Source of the DNA: Octopus sinensis
Taxonomy: Eukaryota
NCBI RefSeq assembly: GCF_006345805.1
Contig: NW_021832537.1
Span: 1 to 64,000, forward strand
Length of the DNA stretch: 64,000 nucleotides
Direction of reading: 5' to 3'
The stretch's first letter is position 1. Each line of letters begins with the position of its first letter. Under the pieces are notes generated by a model. It saw only the letters and a list, made by a program, of their open reading frames with translations. It had not been told where the DNA came from and did no database searches. Below, one piece after another: positions 50,230 through 61,213 of this stretch. The translations under genes and the position numbers were made by a program.

Positions 50230-52110
50230 TTAAGGATCTTGCGCAATGTGAACTCGGTTTATTAAAGGAATATCACTGGTAGAATCTTCTTTGTGGGCAA
50301 TAATAACTCTAAGCGTATCTGTGAAGCCACTGCCTTTTCTGGCACCTGTCAAAATGACGACAAAATCATTTTCATGTATGAAATTTTTCTGGAAGCCAAC
50401 TCTAATGGCCATTGAAAGTCTATTCTGGACATCTTCACCCCAACAAAGGGCTCTTGGATCAGGATAATAGATTGGAAATATTCCCCGATACAAGTTAGAT
50501 TGTCTGGCTACCTTTCCATTCCTCGTAACCATCAGAATGTTTGCTCGAGGACGGAGAGTGGCAACCAGATGTGCGGACCTTGGAGGGTGACCATTGAAGA
50601 CTACCTCCCAGTAGTAGTCAACACCACAATAACAGATGCCATTGAGGCATTGGCAGCTTCAAGAGCAGAAATAGCAATAGTCTCAGTTGTGTCAGCCCCA
50701 ATGCCTTGCATTATCCTCATATCTGAGTAGAAACGTTGGTAGTAAACAGCAGACTCAGCCTCGAGAGCAATTTGATGCATCATTTGGACTGTTTTAATGG
50801 GGTATTTTCCCTTTGCTGTTTCCCCCGACAGCATCACACAGTCAGCTCCATCCAAAACAGCGTTTGCCACATCTGAGACTTCAGCCCGAGTAGGACGTGG
50901 ATTATAAACCATACTTTCCAGCATCTAAGGGTGTTGACGTAGGAATAACTTGAGTAGCACATATCACAGGCTTCCGTTCCCGATTACATCGTCCAATCAT
51001 CATTTTCTGGGCTATAAATACTTTCTCCGGCAACAATTCTATTCCCAAATCCCCCCTGGCAACCATTATTCCGTCAGATTCGCACAAAATCTCATCAAAA
51101 CTACGCCATCCCAATCCCCCAATACTTGACAATTCCTTCATAGTTTTCGATTTTGGAGATAATCTTGATTTCCTGCCCCTCAGCACCCAAAATATCTCGT
51201 ATTGCTCGAACGTGAGCAGCAGAACGAATAAAGGAGGCAAAAACCATGTCCACGTTCATCTCCACCCCCAGGAGCAAGTCTTCCTTGTCCTTTTCCGACA
51301 CTGCTGGCAAGTCGACGTTCGTTTTGGGCAAATTGACTCCTTTTTGAGAACCCAAAGTCCCACCATTATCGACAACACACAACAGAGAGTCCCCATCTAT
51401 CAGATACGCACAAATAATCCAACCCTTGCTCAGCACGGTGAGACTGACAAGTCCATCGTCAATATAAATATGCTTGTTGGGGGCGACAGTCGTACTAATA
51501 TTGGCATAGTCCACGTAGATCACACTTGGAGAACATTTTGTCCGCCATTTCGGATCTGAGGTGATTTTCACATTCGCTCCGGCCACCAATTGAATTTCAG
51601 TGGCCCCACATGCCTACAAAGTCAATCATAAAAGACCTCATCAATCAACCCAGTTCTTATTTCCGGCCCCTTTGTGTCCAAGGCTATTCCCAAGGATGCA
51701 TTTGGACCAAATTGCCTGGCAGCTTCTCTTAAATTATCGACGGTCTCTCGGTGATACTAAAACTAGTAATTCTCCTACATCACCTTGTGGGTTCCATGAG
51801 AGAAATTCAGGCGTGCCATATTCATTCCTGCTTCGAGCATTCCCACTAATGTATTAATTTCCCTGGAAGCAGGTCCAATTGTGCAAATAATGCCAGTTTT
51901 CCTGATTTGACCTGGTTCAGAATCCACGTCCAATAAACAGCTATGTTGTAATGTAGAGCAGGCACAGCTCGCATCCAATTGTTGATCCTTTATGAAACAT
52001 ACAGTCCCGTCTGTATTCTCCACTTTTTTGCACAATCCGAGTTCTTCCAGACGAGCTATTGAAGCAGAGTTTTTCATTTGGTTATAAGACAAATTTTTTT
52101 CCCCGAACAT
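50230..52110 (-). CDS. PK: pyruvate kinase
   Basis: [45 protein letters not shown]|[34 protein letters not shown]. Confidence 0.97.
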
Positions 52111-52299
52111 AAATGCGAAAGATTAACAATCACGTTAAATATAAAATCAATCTATTTTTAAATTTACACCGTATTGTAAGACGAATTTACTTTTATAAAT
52201 AATTTATATAATTATTTATATAACAAAAGAATTTCTGTAAATTGGGATAAATTAAATAAATTGAGTCCCTTTAAGAAAATGCAAATTTTACGAGGCTGC

Positions 52300-52800
52300 C
52301 GTCAAATCCGAGCCAAGTTTCCTCAGAAAATTGTGATCTTACGAGACGAGAATAGAAAATCTTGGACCAACATGAAATGGCTGAACAAAACGCGGATCAT
52401 TTCGAAACACTATTGGACAGTCGAGCAATACTAACGATTGATTAGTTATACCCATATTGTTTGGTATTAATCTCATTTAGTCTTTATTGATTCTATTTGA
52501 AATAACTACAAATAGTTGCAAGCTCCATGCTGTCCAGACCCTGATGACCTAATGTTTTCAAATAAGGAACACAGAAACTATATCAAGACAGTATTGGTTG
52601 GATCTTGAACAAACTGTTTTGCAGAGGCACCACCTTACTACTAGGAGAATGAATCAAAGTACTTACCCAGAAATCACACAAAACTAAGGGTAATGTTGAA
52701 ATCTTATATTTTTGGTGTTAGACAAGCCCAGTTCAAAAGAGATTAGCCAGCATTGTTTTCAAAAAATGGATAGTTGGCTACACTCATACTTTCCGCAGTA
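52300..52800 (+). mobile_element. possible degraded LINE RT-proximal fragment
   Basis: Frameshifted peptides resembling the KAPGPD..LNKLF..W..SKV region. Weak. Confidence 0.3.
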
Positions 52801-52860
52801 TCATAATTTCTAAAAATCAACTAAGGAGACCAACTATGAAGAAAATTTATTCTACTAAAG

Positions 52861-54845
52861 CAGCGGTTCTCAACCTTTTTTAGACTGGGGACCACTTTTG
52901 CACTATAAAATTTTGTGGGGACCACCTTAAATAAAATAAACATTTTTTGGTATTAGCGCACAATTTTTGGCCTCGTCAGGGCCAGGTTTAGACATGTTCG
53001 AATATTTATTATAAAAATAACATGAACATTATGAAAATAACAGAAAATTTAATAGTAATTTAGTGAGATTTCTGATCTTGTTTGCTCAGAATAATTTTAC
53101 TTATATCAGGCTCTATGTTCGACAAAGCTACTCGCATATCATCTTGTACCCGTAGTCTATTTCTATATTTTGTTTTTAGAAAAGTCAGACACGACATCGC
53201 CATTTCACAGTGATAAGTAGTGGGGAATGCAAGTATTGATTCCAATGCAGTTTTACTCAAAATGGGGAATTCTTTCGCCATCTGACACCTAACAATAAAA
53301 AGTAATTATTAATGAGAATACCACCTTGTGGAGTGGGTCGAGTGTATCCCAAAGGAAGGCTGCCATCCTTGCTGCTGAAAAAGCGCGTGGTACACACCTA
53401 GGGACCATAAAAGGCTATGTGTCGGCTAAGTATGGTCTAGGTGCTACCCAAGTTAATGTGAAGGAGTTGATCAAACTTCAAAAGGAGTCTTTAATTAAAA
53501 AGATCAACTTAAAAGTCCTTCACAAGACTCTCTTTAGCAGCCTGGACAACCCGCACATTGACGTATCGTCGTCATCTACGTGGCTGAAATAGGAATAACT
53601 CTCCCCGATCAGAAGGGTTGTTCTCATATTTGCAGGATAGAAACTTTTTTAATGGTCAACGGAAACAGTGTAACCACTGTAAGGCAATGACCGTTGACCA
53701 TTTAGCCACGAAGTGCGGGAGTATGCTTACCATGATTACACATGGAGGCATAACGAGGTGGTGAGGTCCCTCCATCTTTTGCTCTGCAATAAGTACGGCT
53801 TGAGGCGGTCCAGAAAGTTGCGAACCCATCGTTCAATCGGTGTGTGAGAACTCGCGGGTGTGCATTAAGGTGGATACCCCCATACGCACCTCGATTGTTG
53901 TCCAGCACAACAGACCCGACATTGTGGTCCACGATAAGGTCACCGGGGAGATTGTTATCGTGGAGGTGGGCATCACGTGCCTAGACCGTTTGCAGATAGT
54001 GGAAGTGGAGAAAAGGAGGAAGTATGACCTCCTTGCAAACGAGCTAGGACTGATGCACCAGTGCAAAGTCCATGTCATCCCGTGTGTGATGACATGGGAT
54101 GGACTGGTCACCAATACCACAAGCGGTACTTAAGACAGTTGGATGTAGATAAGTCTCTACAGGCTTATATACAGTCAACTGTTCTTAAGAGGACTCTGGA
54201 GAGTGTCTCGTTTGATGCTCGCCGATCCAGCCCTTTCCTGACGTTTAGTCAGCAAGAGGCGCTGGACTGCACCTTCTCGAAGGTCTACAGTGCCAGAGAA
54301 GAGGAGGAAGAAGGGGAGGAGGTGCGTGGAGTGCCGCCTTCTGCTCACTTCGAAGGCTCTGGACTTAGTTAGTAAAATTACTTAGTTAATTAGTTTCTTT
54401 CTTAATAAATAGTAAGTCTGAAAAAAAAAAATGAGAATACCAAAAATCTAATAATGAAGTACATTTGAAAATAATCTGACCAGACTGATTACATTGAAGT
54501 TCAATCAAGCTCTGCTGAAAATTGAGTTCCTGATATTCTTTAAATGAGGTCAAGAAAGGTTGAACGATCCAGTTTGGAATTGGGTCTTCAACAGGAAAAT
54601 AATCATCAAATTTTGTCTTGAGATTTTCCAGATGTTTGATTATCAGACTTAGAAGAACATTATCCGGTGGGTTGGGGACCACTAAAAATTTTCTGGGGAC
54701 CACGATTGAGAACCGCTTGATTAATTTCAATGTTTTTGATTTATCCTTAATTGTACAATTAGTTTTAACTTTAATATATTTTTATTTTTCGAAAATTCCT
54801 GGGGACCACTAAAAATTTTCTGGGGACCACGGTTGAGAACCGCTG
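52861..54845 (-). mobile_element. internally deleted hAT (Buster-like) transposon
   Basis: TIR CAGCGGTTCTCAACC at 52861 and its complement ending at 54845. The 8-bp TSD is TACTAAAG/TACTAAAC with central TA. C-terminal transposase FDDYFP..WIVQPF..LLDFW|CQMAKEFPILSKTAL..FPTTYHCE..KTKYRNRL. Confidence 0.9.
53324..54430 (+). mobile_element. 5'-truncated R4/Dong-like non-LTR retrotransposon nested in the hAT
   Basis: CNHCKAMTVDHLATKC, HNRPDIVVHDK..VEVGIT..EKRRKYDLL. Poly(A) at 54421-54430. The 13-bp TSD AATGAGAATACCA lies at 53311-53323 and 54430-54442. Confidence 0.92.
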
Positions 54846-55003
54846 TACTAAACGAACATTGTGGAAGGTTTAAATAACGTGGACTTGATTAATTTCTAAC
54901 AGGAACTAAAAACATAACTTCTCTTATTGCTTTTCTAAATAAACAGTTTTTAATTGAATTAATAAAGGAAACCCAAAGGAAATAATTATTAGTGAGAATG
55001 TTT

Positions 55004-56088
55004 CTAACAAGGAAAATCAAGCCCCTTTTGGATATCATCCTTCAGAATTGGAAGTGCAATATCAAACATATCCTGTTGTTGTTGAGTCAACTCAGGCAAA
55101 GGTAAAACTCGTTCTACTCCCGAAAGTCCGAATTCCAGTGGAGACGCGAAATAAGAAGCAGAAGTGATGTCTGATTTGACAAAAGCGCACTCAACAACTC
55201 CCTTTTCGCCGGAAAGCCCTCGAAGAATAGCGTTTACAATCTCAAATCCAGCAGCTGCCATCGATAATGTCGCCGAACCCTAAATAAATTAATTTTATTT
55301 CAGAAATACATTCCCCTTTTTGGCTTCTACAACTACAGTTCCAGCATTTCTTATTTTAGAGCACATATCTTGAATATCCTCAGGAGAATGTTTTTTGTCA
55401 TTAATTGTGGTCCTCAGTAGAGGGACAATTGTGGTCCCCGAATGTCCACCTATGCAAATATCCTTCATTTCTGCCGGGTCAAGACCCTTGAAAATACTCG
55501 AACAAGAAAAACAAGAGAATTTGCTAGAAAAGTTCTAGTTCTGAATAAATCAAGTGTTGTGACGCCAACAAGTTGTTTGGAAACGTCAAACTCAGTATTC
55601 TCGAGAATCTTTGCAGCAAGTGGGACGAGAGTATTAACCTGAAAAAAATAAAATAAAAATAACTGGATTGGTGATAAGAGCTACAATTGCATTGGGACAG
55701 TTTTCTGCAACGGCTTCAATTAAGCCCTTAACAATCTTTGCATTAACGTTGAACAAGTCTGCTCTAGACATATCTTGGAATGTATCACAAAACCACAAAC
55801 TTGGTTTTCTGGGCACACCAGCTGGAATTACCACGACATTTGCGCCCAAAAGAGCATCGGACAGCTTCTCAGGAGGAAAACTTGCAACTTTACACTTTGT
55901 TGAAATATGGGACAAATCTTCAGCAACTCCAGCGGAATCGGCAACGTCGTATAGGTTGAGCTGACTTATAAGATTACATCTTGTTTTAAGAAGTAGACAC
56001 AAAGGTTGGCCTATTCCTCCACAGGCTCCGAGAATAGTAACTTTAAAAGACTATTTCATAATAAAAAACAAGGTCAAACCGTAGTCAT
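55004..56088 (-). CDS. MDH: malate dehydrogenase, MDH2/bacterial-type sequence
   Basis: MTT|SFKVTILGACGGIGQPL, YDV, GVAEDLSH, IPAGVPRKP..MSR, ITNP|VN, GVTTLDLFR, GGHSG and GSATLSMA, with introns of 25-30 nt. Confidence 0.93.
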
Positions 56089-56149
56089 AGCAAACTAATA
56101 ATTATTTATTAATTGATTTATTAAACAAATCCAAATTAGTAAATTCATT

Positions 56150-56720
56150 GAAGTACAAAAAAATATCTTATGAGAATTTTGGTTCCAACTTTCTTCTCTT
56201 AGCTATCGATCCGCCTCCTTCCGCCAGATTCATGGGCCGAAATACAGCGTCTGTATTCTTGACAGGTTCCTCTGGTGTCGTGGTGGTCGTTTTCTTTATT
56301 TATTTGTTCATTGATTGCTTGCTTCGCCGCTGTTTGATGGAGTTTATACTCCGGGCGCATGCTTTCCAATGTTCTCTTGATCACGATTGACTGGATATAA
56401 GCTCGCGTAGATTCCTGGACTTGTAAGGAGTTCTGGTAGTGCTTATAAAATTTGGATGTTATTCCATCCCACGTGAAAACCAGCGGTACGACATTCACCT
56501 TTACATTATGGATTCACCTCAATTCTCTTGATAAAAGGTCGTATTTATGTAATGTCTCAACTTCCACATGCTTCAAAAATTGTTGAGAAGTAATCCCAAC
56601 TTAGATCAGCGTAATGATGTTCCGAACTTTGTCGTAGAATGTCCGGTTTATTATTATTGACTATAGTATCCGTCTTGATCGTCGTGTCCACACGTATTTC
56701 GACTACCTCATTAGAGACAG
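56150..56720 (-). mobile_element. R4/Dong-like non-LTR 3' fragment
   Basis: VEIRVDTTIKTD..NKPDI, VGIT..KYDLL and VVPLVFTWDGITSKF..YIQSIVIKRTLES. Confidence 0.82.
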
Positions 56721-56744
56721 TCGACTGTACGGAGTGGGTAAAAA

Positions 56745-56991
56745 CTAGTGCTTTTTGGAAAACAACTCAAAAATAAAAACTATGTCCATTTCGCATTTTG
56801 CGAAAATTTCTGTAAAGAAAACGTTTGTGAATTTCCTGTCGAATTTGGTACCCAAATAATTAAGGATTTGAAGAAACAATTTCTTGAAGGATTTTCTGAC
56901 CTTGACAAGAGAAGCGATTAAATAAGGTTTTTTGATTAAAATTAAAAAAATCATGTTTAAATCAAAAAAATCATGATTTTTAACAACCCTG
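56745..56991 (-). mobile_element. probable hAT left-end remnant
   Basis: Minus strand begins CAGGGTTGTTAAAAATCATGATTTTTTTGATTTAAACATGATTTTTTT, a hAT-like terminus with subterminal repeats. No partner end was found. Confidence 0.4.
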
Positions 56992-58226
56992 ATGTTAATG
57001 TCAATAAATGACGTACATTATATTAATCAAAAATGTAATAAATGAAGAATTTTTATTATTTGAACACTTTGAACCCGACACAAGAGGGTTAACAATTTTC
57101 AAAACTATTGAACAATATTTGTGGAGACATGAAATACCCCCTTATCAAATTTTGACAATTCGATATTCAGATTTTACATTTTAGATCAATTTTAACAAAT
57201 ATTTTTATATAAGGACTTTTTCTAAAAGACAATTTTATTAATCAGGTTAATGGAATCCCAATTGTACAATTTGCAATGATTTTTTCTGCATTTCTGTAAA
57301 AATTCCGCATTTTCTCACGAGTTAGATTTGTCATAGAATATTCTAACAGATTTTGTAATAATAGTGCTCGAAATTCCATTAGCGTTCCATTTCCTGCTGC
57401 ATGAACATATAGTTGAAAGGGTATTTAGTGCAGTCTCCAATATTTTGACCAAAAAAGAAATAAATTACAAATTGTGAATAAAAGAGATTTGAGATTTAAA
57501 TAGTGAAGATGACATAAAGAAACTAACAAATCCTCATCAGGCACATGTACAAAACTCAGAATATAATACTTGTTCAGTTCAGGGATGTTTATTTTGATAT
57601 GAATATAATATGGGGGATTGATAATATTCAAATGCCGAAATTAAATACACTGTGTTGTTAATTTTTTTTGTTTTATCTGACGAGGTGTGCTGTGCTGAGA
57701 TTCTTACTGAATTGATAGCCAACAAAAAATACTCAAGACATAGCCGGTTGATCAAACACAGACTGACAGTCCCACCAACACCCCGCCAGGAACCGCAGCC
57801 TTAAAATCTACGGAAATCACTTTACACCAACAAGACTATCAATATTTGAACTACTTCCAGTACAGTCGAAACACAAATATCCCCCAATTCTTTAATAATA
57901 TCGTCCGACCAACTAGTACCCAACAATCCGCCCCATTTCTGAGAGCAAAATCAATCTTTTTTTGGAGAATGTCTGTAAGCTTGTTACTGAAGCTATCCTA
58001 CCAGTCACACAAATCATCGAGACTCCACTAGCCTGAAGAACCATCAAGCACAAAATCCAATCGCCCCTGGATGTGTTGTTATAATATTACGCGACCTGTT
58101 CCGCCAATTACTACCTTTTCCTAATAAATTTCCTGCTCTTTGCATATTCCTACTGCGATAGAAAGAGGTTGACCATTGCTGTCTCTTCATAAGACATAGA
58201 GTCGGGAATTCTTATTTTTTACTTTA

Positions 58227-59372
58227 CAAATCTTGCTGAAAATTTTATAACGCAAGAATAGAGTAGATAAAAAGGTTTTAGACGAGCTGTAAAAAGCGCA
58301 TATTATCGAGAAATATTTAAAACTGATCCCCTGAAAAAACGAGCTCGATTGATAGCACACACGTGGAGAACTGAGTATGGATTGTAATAATTACGCAAAT
58401 CTTGTTGAAAATTTTAAAACGCAAGAATAGAGTAGATAAAAAGGTTTTAGACGAGCTGTAAAAAGCGCATATTATTGAAAATATTTCAAACTGATCCCCT
58501 AAAAAAACGAGCTCGATTGATATCACACACGTGGAGAACTGAGTATGGATCTTTATAATTACGCAAATCTTGTCGAAAATTTTAAAACGCAAGAATAGAG
58601 TAGATAAAAAGGTTTTAGACGAGCTGTAAAAAGCGCTTATTATCGAGAAATATTTAAAAATGATCCCCTGAAAAAACGAGCTCGATTGATATAACACACG
58701 TGGAGAACTGAGTAAGGATCTTTATAATTACGCAAATCTTGCTGAAAATTTTAAAACGCAAGAATAGAGTAGATAAAAAGGTTTTAGACGAGCTGTAAAA
58801 AGCGCATATTATCCTAAAATATTTCAAACTGATCCCCTGAAAAAATGAGCTCGATTGTTATCACACACGTGGAGAACTGAGTAGGGATCTTTATAATTAC
58901 GCAAATCTTGCTGAAAATTTTAAAACGCCAGAATAGAGTAGATAAAAAGGTTTTAGACGAGCTGTAAAAAGCGCATATTATCCTAAAATATTTCAAACTG
59001 ATCCCCTGAAAAAATGAGCTCAATTGTTATCACACACGTGGAGAACTGAGTAGGGATCTTTATAATTACGCAAATCTTGCTGAAAATTTTAAAACGCCAG
59101 AATAGAGTAGATAAAAAGGTTTTAGACGAGCTGTAAAAAGCGCATATTATCGAGAAATATTTCAAACTGATCCCCTGAAAAAATGAGCTCGATTGTTATC
59201 ACACACGTAGAGAACTGAGTAGGGATCTTTATAATTACGCAAATCTTGCTGAAAATTTTAAAACGCCAGAATAGAGTTAGATCAAAAGGTTTTGACAGCT
59301 GTAAAAAGCGCATATTATCCAGAAATATTTCAAACTGATCCCCTGAAAAAATGAGCTCAATTGTTTTATCAC
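58227..59372. repeat. 169-bp satellite, left block (~7 units)
   Basis: The G of CACGT recurs at 58363, 58531, 58700, 58869, 59038 and 59207 (period 168-169). Confidence 0.97.
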
Positions 59373-61213
59373 TAGGGCAACCAAAAAATTGCACTTTTTA
59401 ATAAAAAAATTGCAAAAATGATTTTAAAAATTGTAAAAAATTGCAAAAAAATTTTTTTTAATTGTAAACATTACATTATGCAAAAAATTAACGAAATTAT
59501 TTATTGTAATAGGAAATCAAATATTCCTGAACATTTTCAGGTTTAAAGTTCCTCTCTTTACTAAGAATTTTCGTCAAAAGAGATATTGCCCTTTCGATAG
59601 ATGCTGAACTTGCGCTACATTTTCTGAGATGTGAATAAACTTCTGGCGATAGATTCTTATTTGAGAATTCAAGAATACTTAGTATTCCTGATTTCTCAAG
59701 CTTTTTTGATATATAGGATTTTATGTCGCATGGATCTGATGTAAAGTCTAGGGTGTTTAGATCACCATAAGCTGTTGCAATGGAGTAATCAAGCAATTCA
59801 GTATTTGAAATCATTTCAATTAATCCCAAATAATTTGAACTGATTTGGGTTAAGCTTGGAAACAACGTAGGATTATTCACTGATTTTTTGCCTAAAATAA
59901 TTAAAAACTAAAACATTTTGTATTAAAACTCCATCTCCTTCAAATTCAGATACGATTTTAATAATTTCTGGAAGATTCTGGGAGTAATATTTTGCTGCTT
60001 TTAGCCAGCTTCCCCATCTTGTAACCACAACTTCGGGTGGATTTCCGATTCGTGAAAACATCTCCAAACGTCTCTTGTTTTTGACTGTGGCAGCCTTTAT
60101 AGACGAAATCAATTCATCAACATCTGCGAAGTATGCCTTAATCTTTAGAGCACAGTTGTGCAATAAATGTGACACGCAAGTCACGTGGAAAAGATTTTGG
60201 TATATCAATTTCATTGATGCCCCAGCTAAAATTAAATTTATTTATATATACCACTGGTCATATATCTCGCCCCATCTGTAACGAATAATATAAAATTTTC
60301 ACGTTCAATAGAAAATTTCTTTATTACTTTGTCCACCTCAACACAAATTGTTGAAGTAGTAGGCGGATATATAGATTGGTACACGATACTAAATGAAGAT
60401 TTTTTGGAGTGGAGATTTTCCCAATCAAAGTAATTAAAAAACGAGTTCCATTGATTTGGGCTTCATCACAAACAAAAAAAAACACATTCCCCACTATTGA
60501 ATAACTTAAAAAAAACAACAGTAAATGAGTCTGAATGGTATTAATTTTATATTTTGATATTTCTTTAACATTTAACCTGCAAGATGATTCAGATGGCAAA
60601 GGATATGTTTCCTGCTCAAAAAGCCGTATGAGGGAAGGATGTCTGATTTTATAAATTGGTATGTTTGCCTCCAAAACGCTTGTGTTACTTTGATCCCCCA
60701 ATCCTTTCGAGTATCCGTTATCGCCGAAAGAAATGTTTGTGAACTCTGAGATGAATTTGTCCATTCTATAAATTTAAATTCAAAGAAATACTGTGTGCTT
60801 TTAAATGTTTTTTTGAAGAACGGTGCGCATCAAACAAAAATTTTGTGTCACACCGTACAACAGTTGAGCAATTGGAGCAAAATAAATTCCCTTCACTGTC
60901 AATAACAAACTCGGGGAATTTCTTTGCATAAAATGAAATTTTCTGTGACACTGTCCTTTTACCCATTACAACAAACAACTAAAACACGTTTTAATAATCT
61001 TTTACTTATAATTATATTATTTTTTAATAAAAAAATTTTTTTTTTAATTTAAAAAATTGCAAAAAATTGTAAAATGACTACAAAAATTGCAAAAAATTGC
61101 AAATTTAAATCGAATAAAAATATAATTAAAATTAATGTCTATTCATTACTTTATTATTTATCGAATTTTAATTAATTATATTTAATTGCAAAAAATTGCA
61201 ATTGGTTGCCCTA
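59373..61213 (-). mobile_element. hAT-superfamily transposon (DUF659-like transposase) inserted in the satellite
   Basis: 12-bp TIR TAGGGCAACCAA. TTATCAC is duplicated at 59366-59372 and 61214-61220. Subterminal AAAAAATTGC repeats. Transposase: CSNC..H..SKKH zinc finger, VCDE, VTDGARYM, CVSHLLHNC, TRWGSWL, ASSASIER. Confidence 0.9.

Noticed and set aside
56050-56065. ATG AAA TAG at the start of MDH, suggesting stop-codon readthrough or recoding
   Set aside because: The TAG is the acceptor of a 29-nt intron after a 3-codon first exon. No in-frame stops were needed in any conserved gene, so the standard code suffices.
57000-58220. Coding-like AT-rich frames and a LINE-like patch before the satellite
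   Set aside because: Insufficient motif evidence to call a gene or an element.
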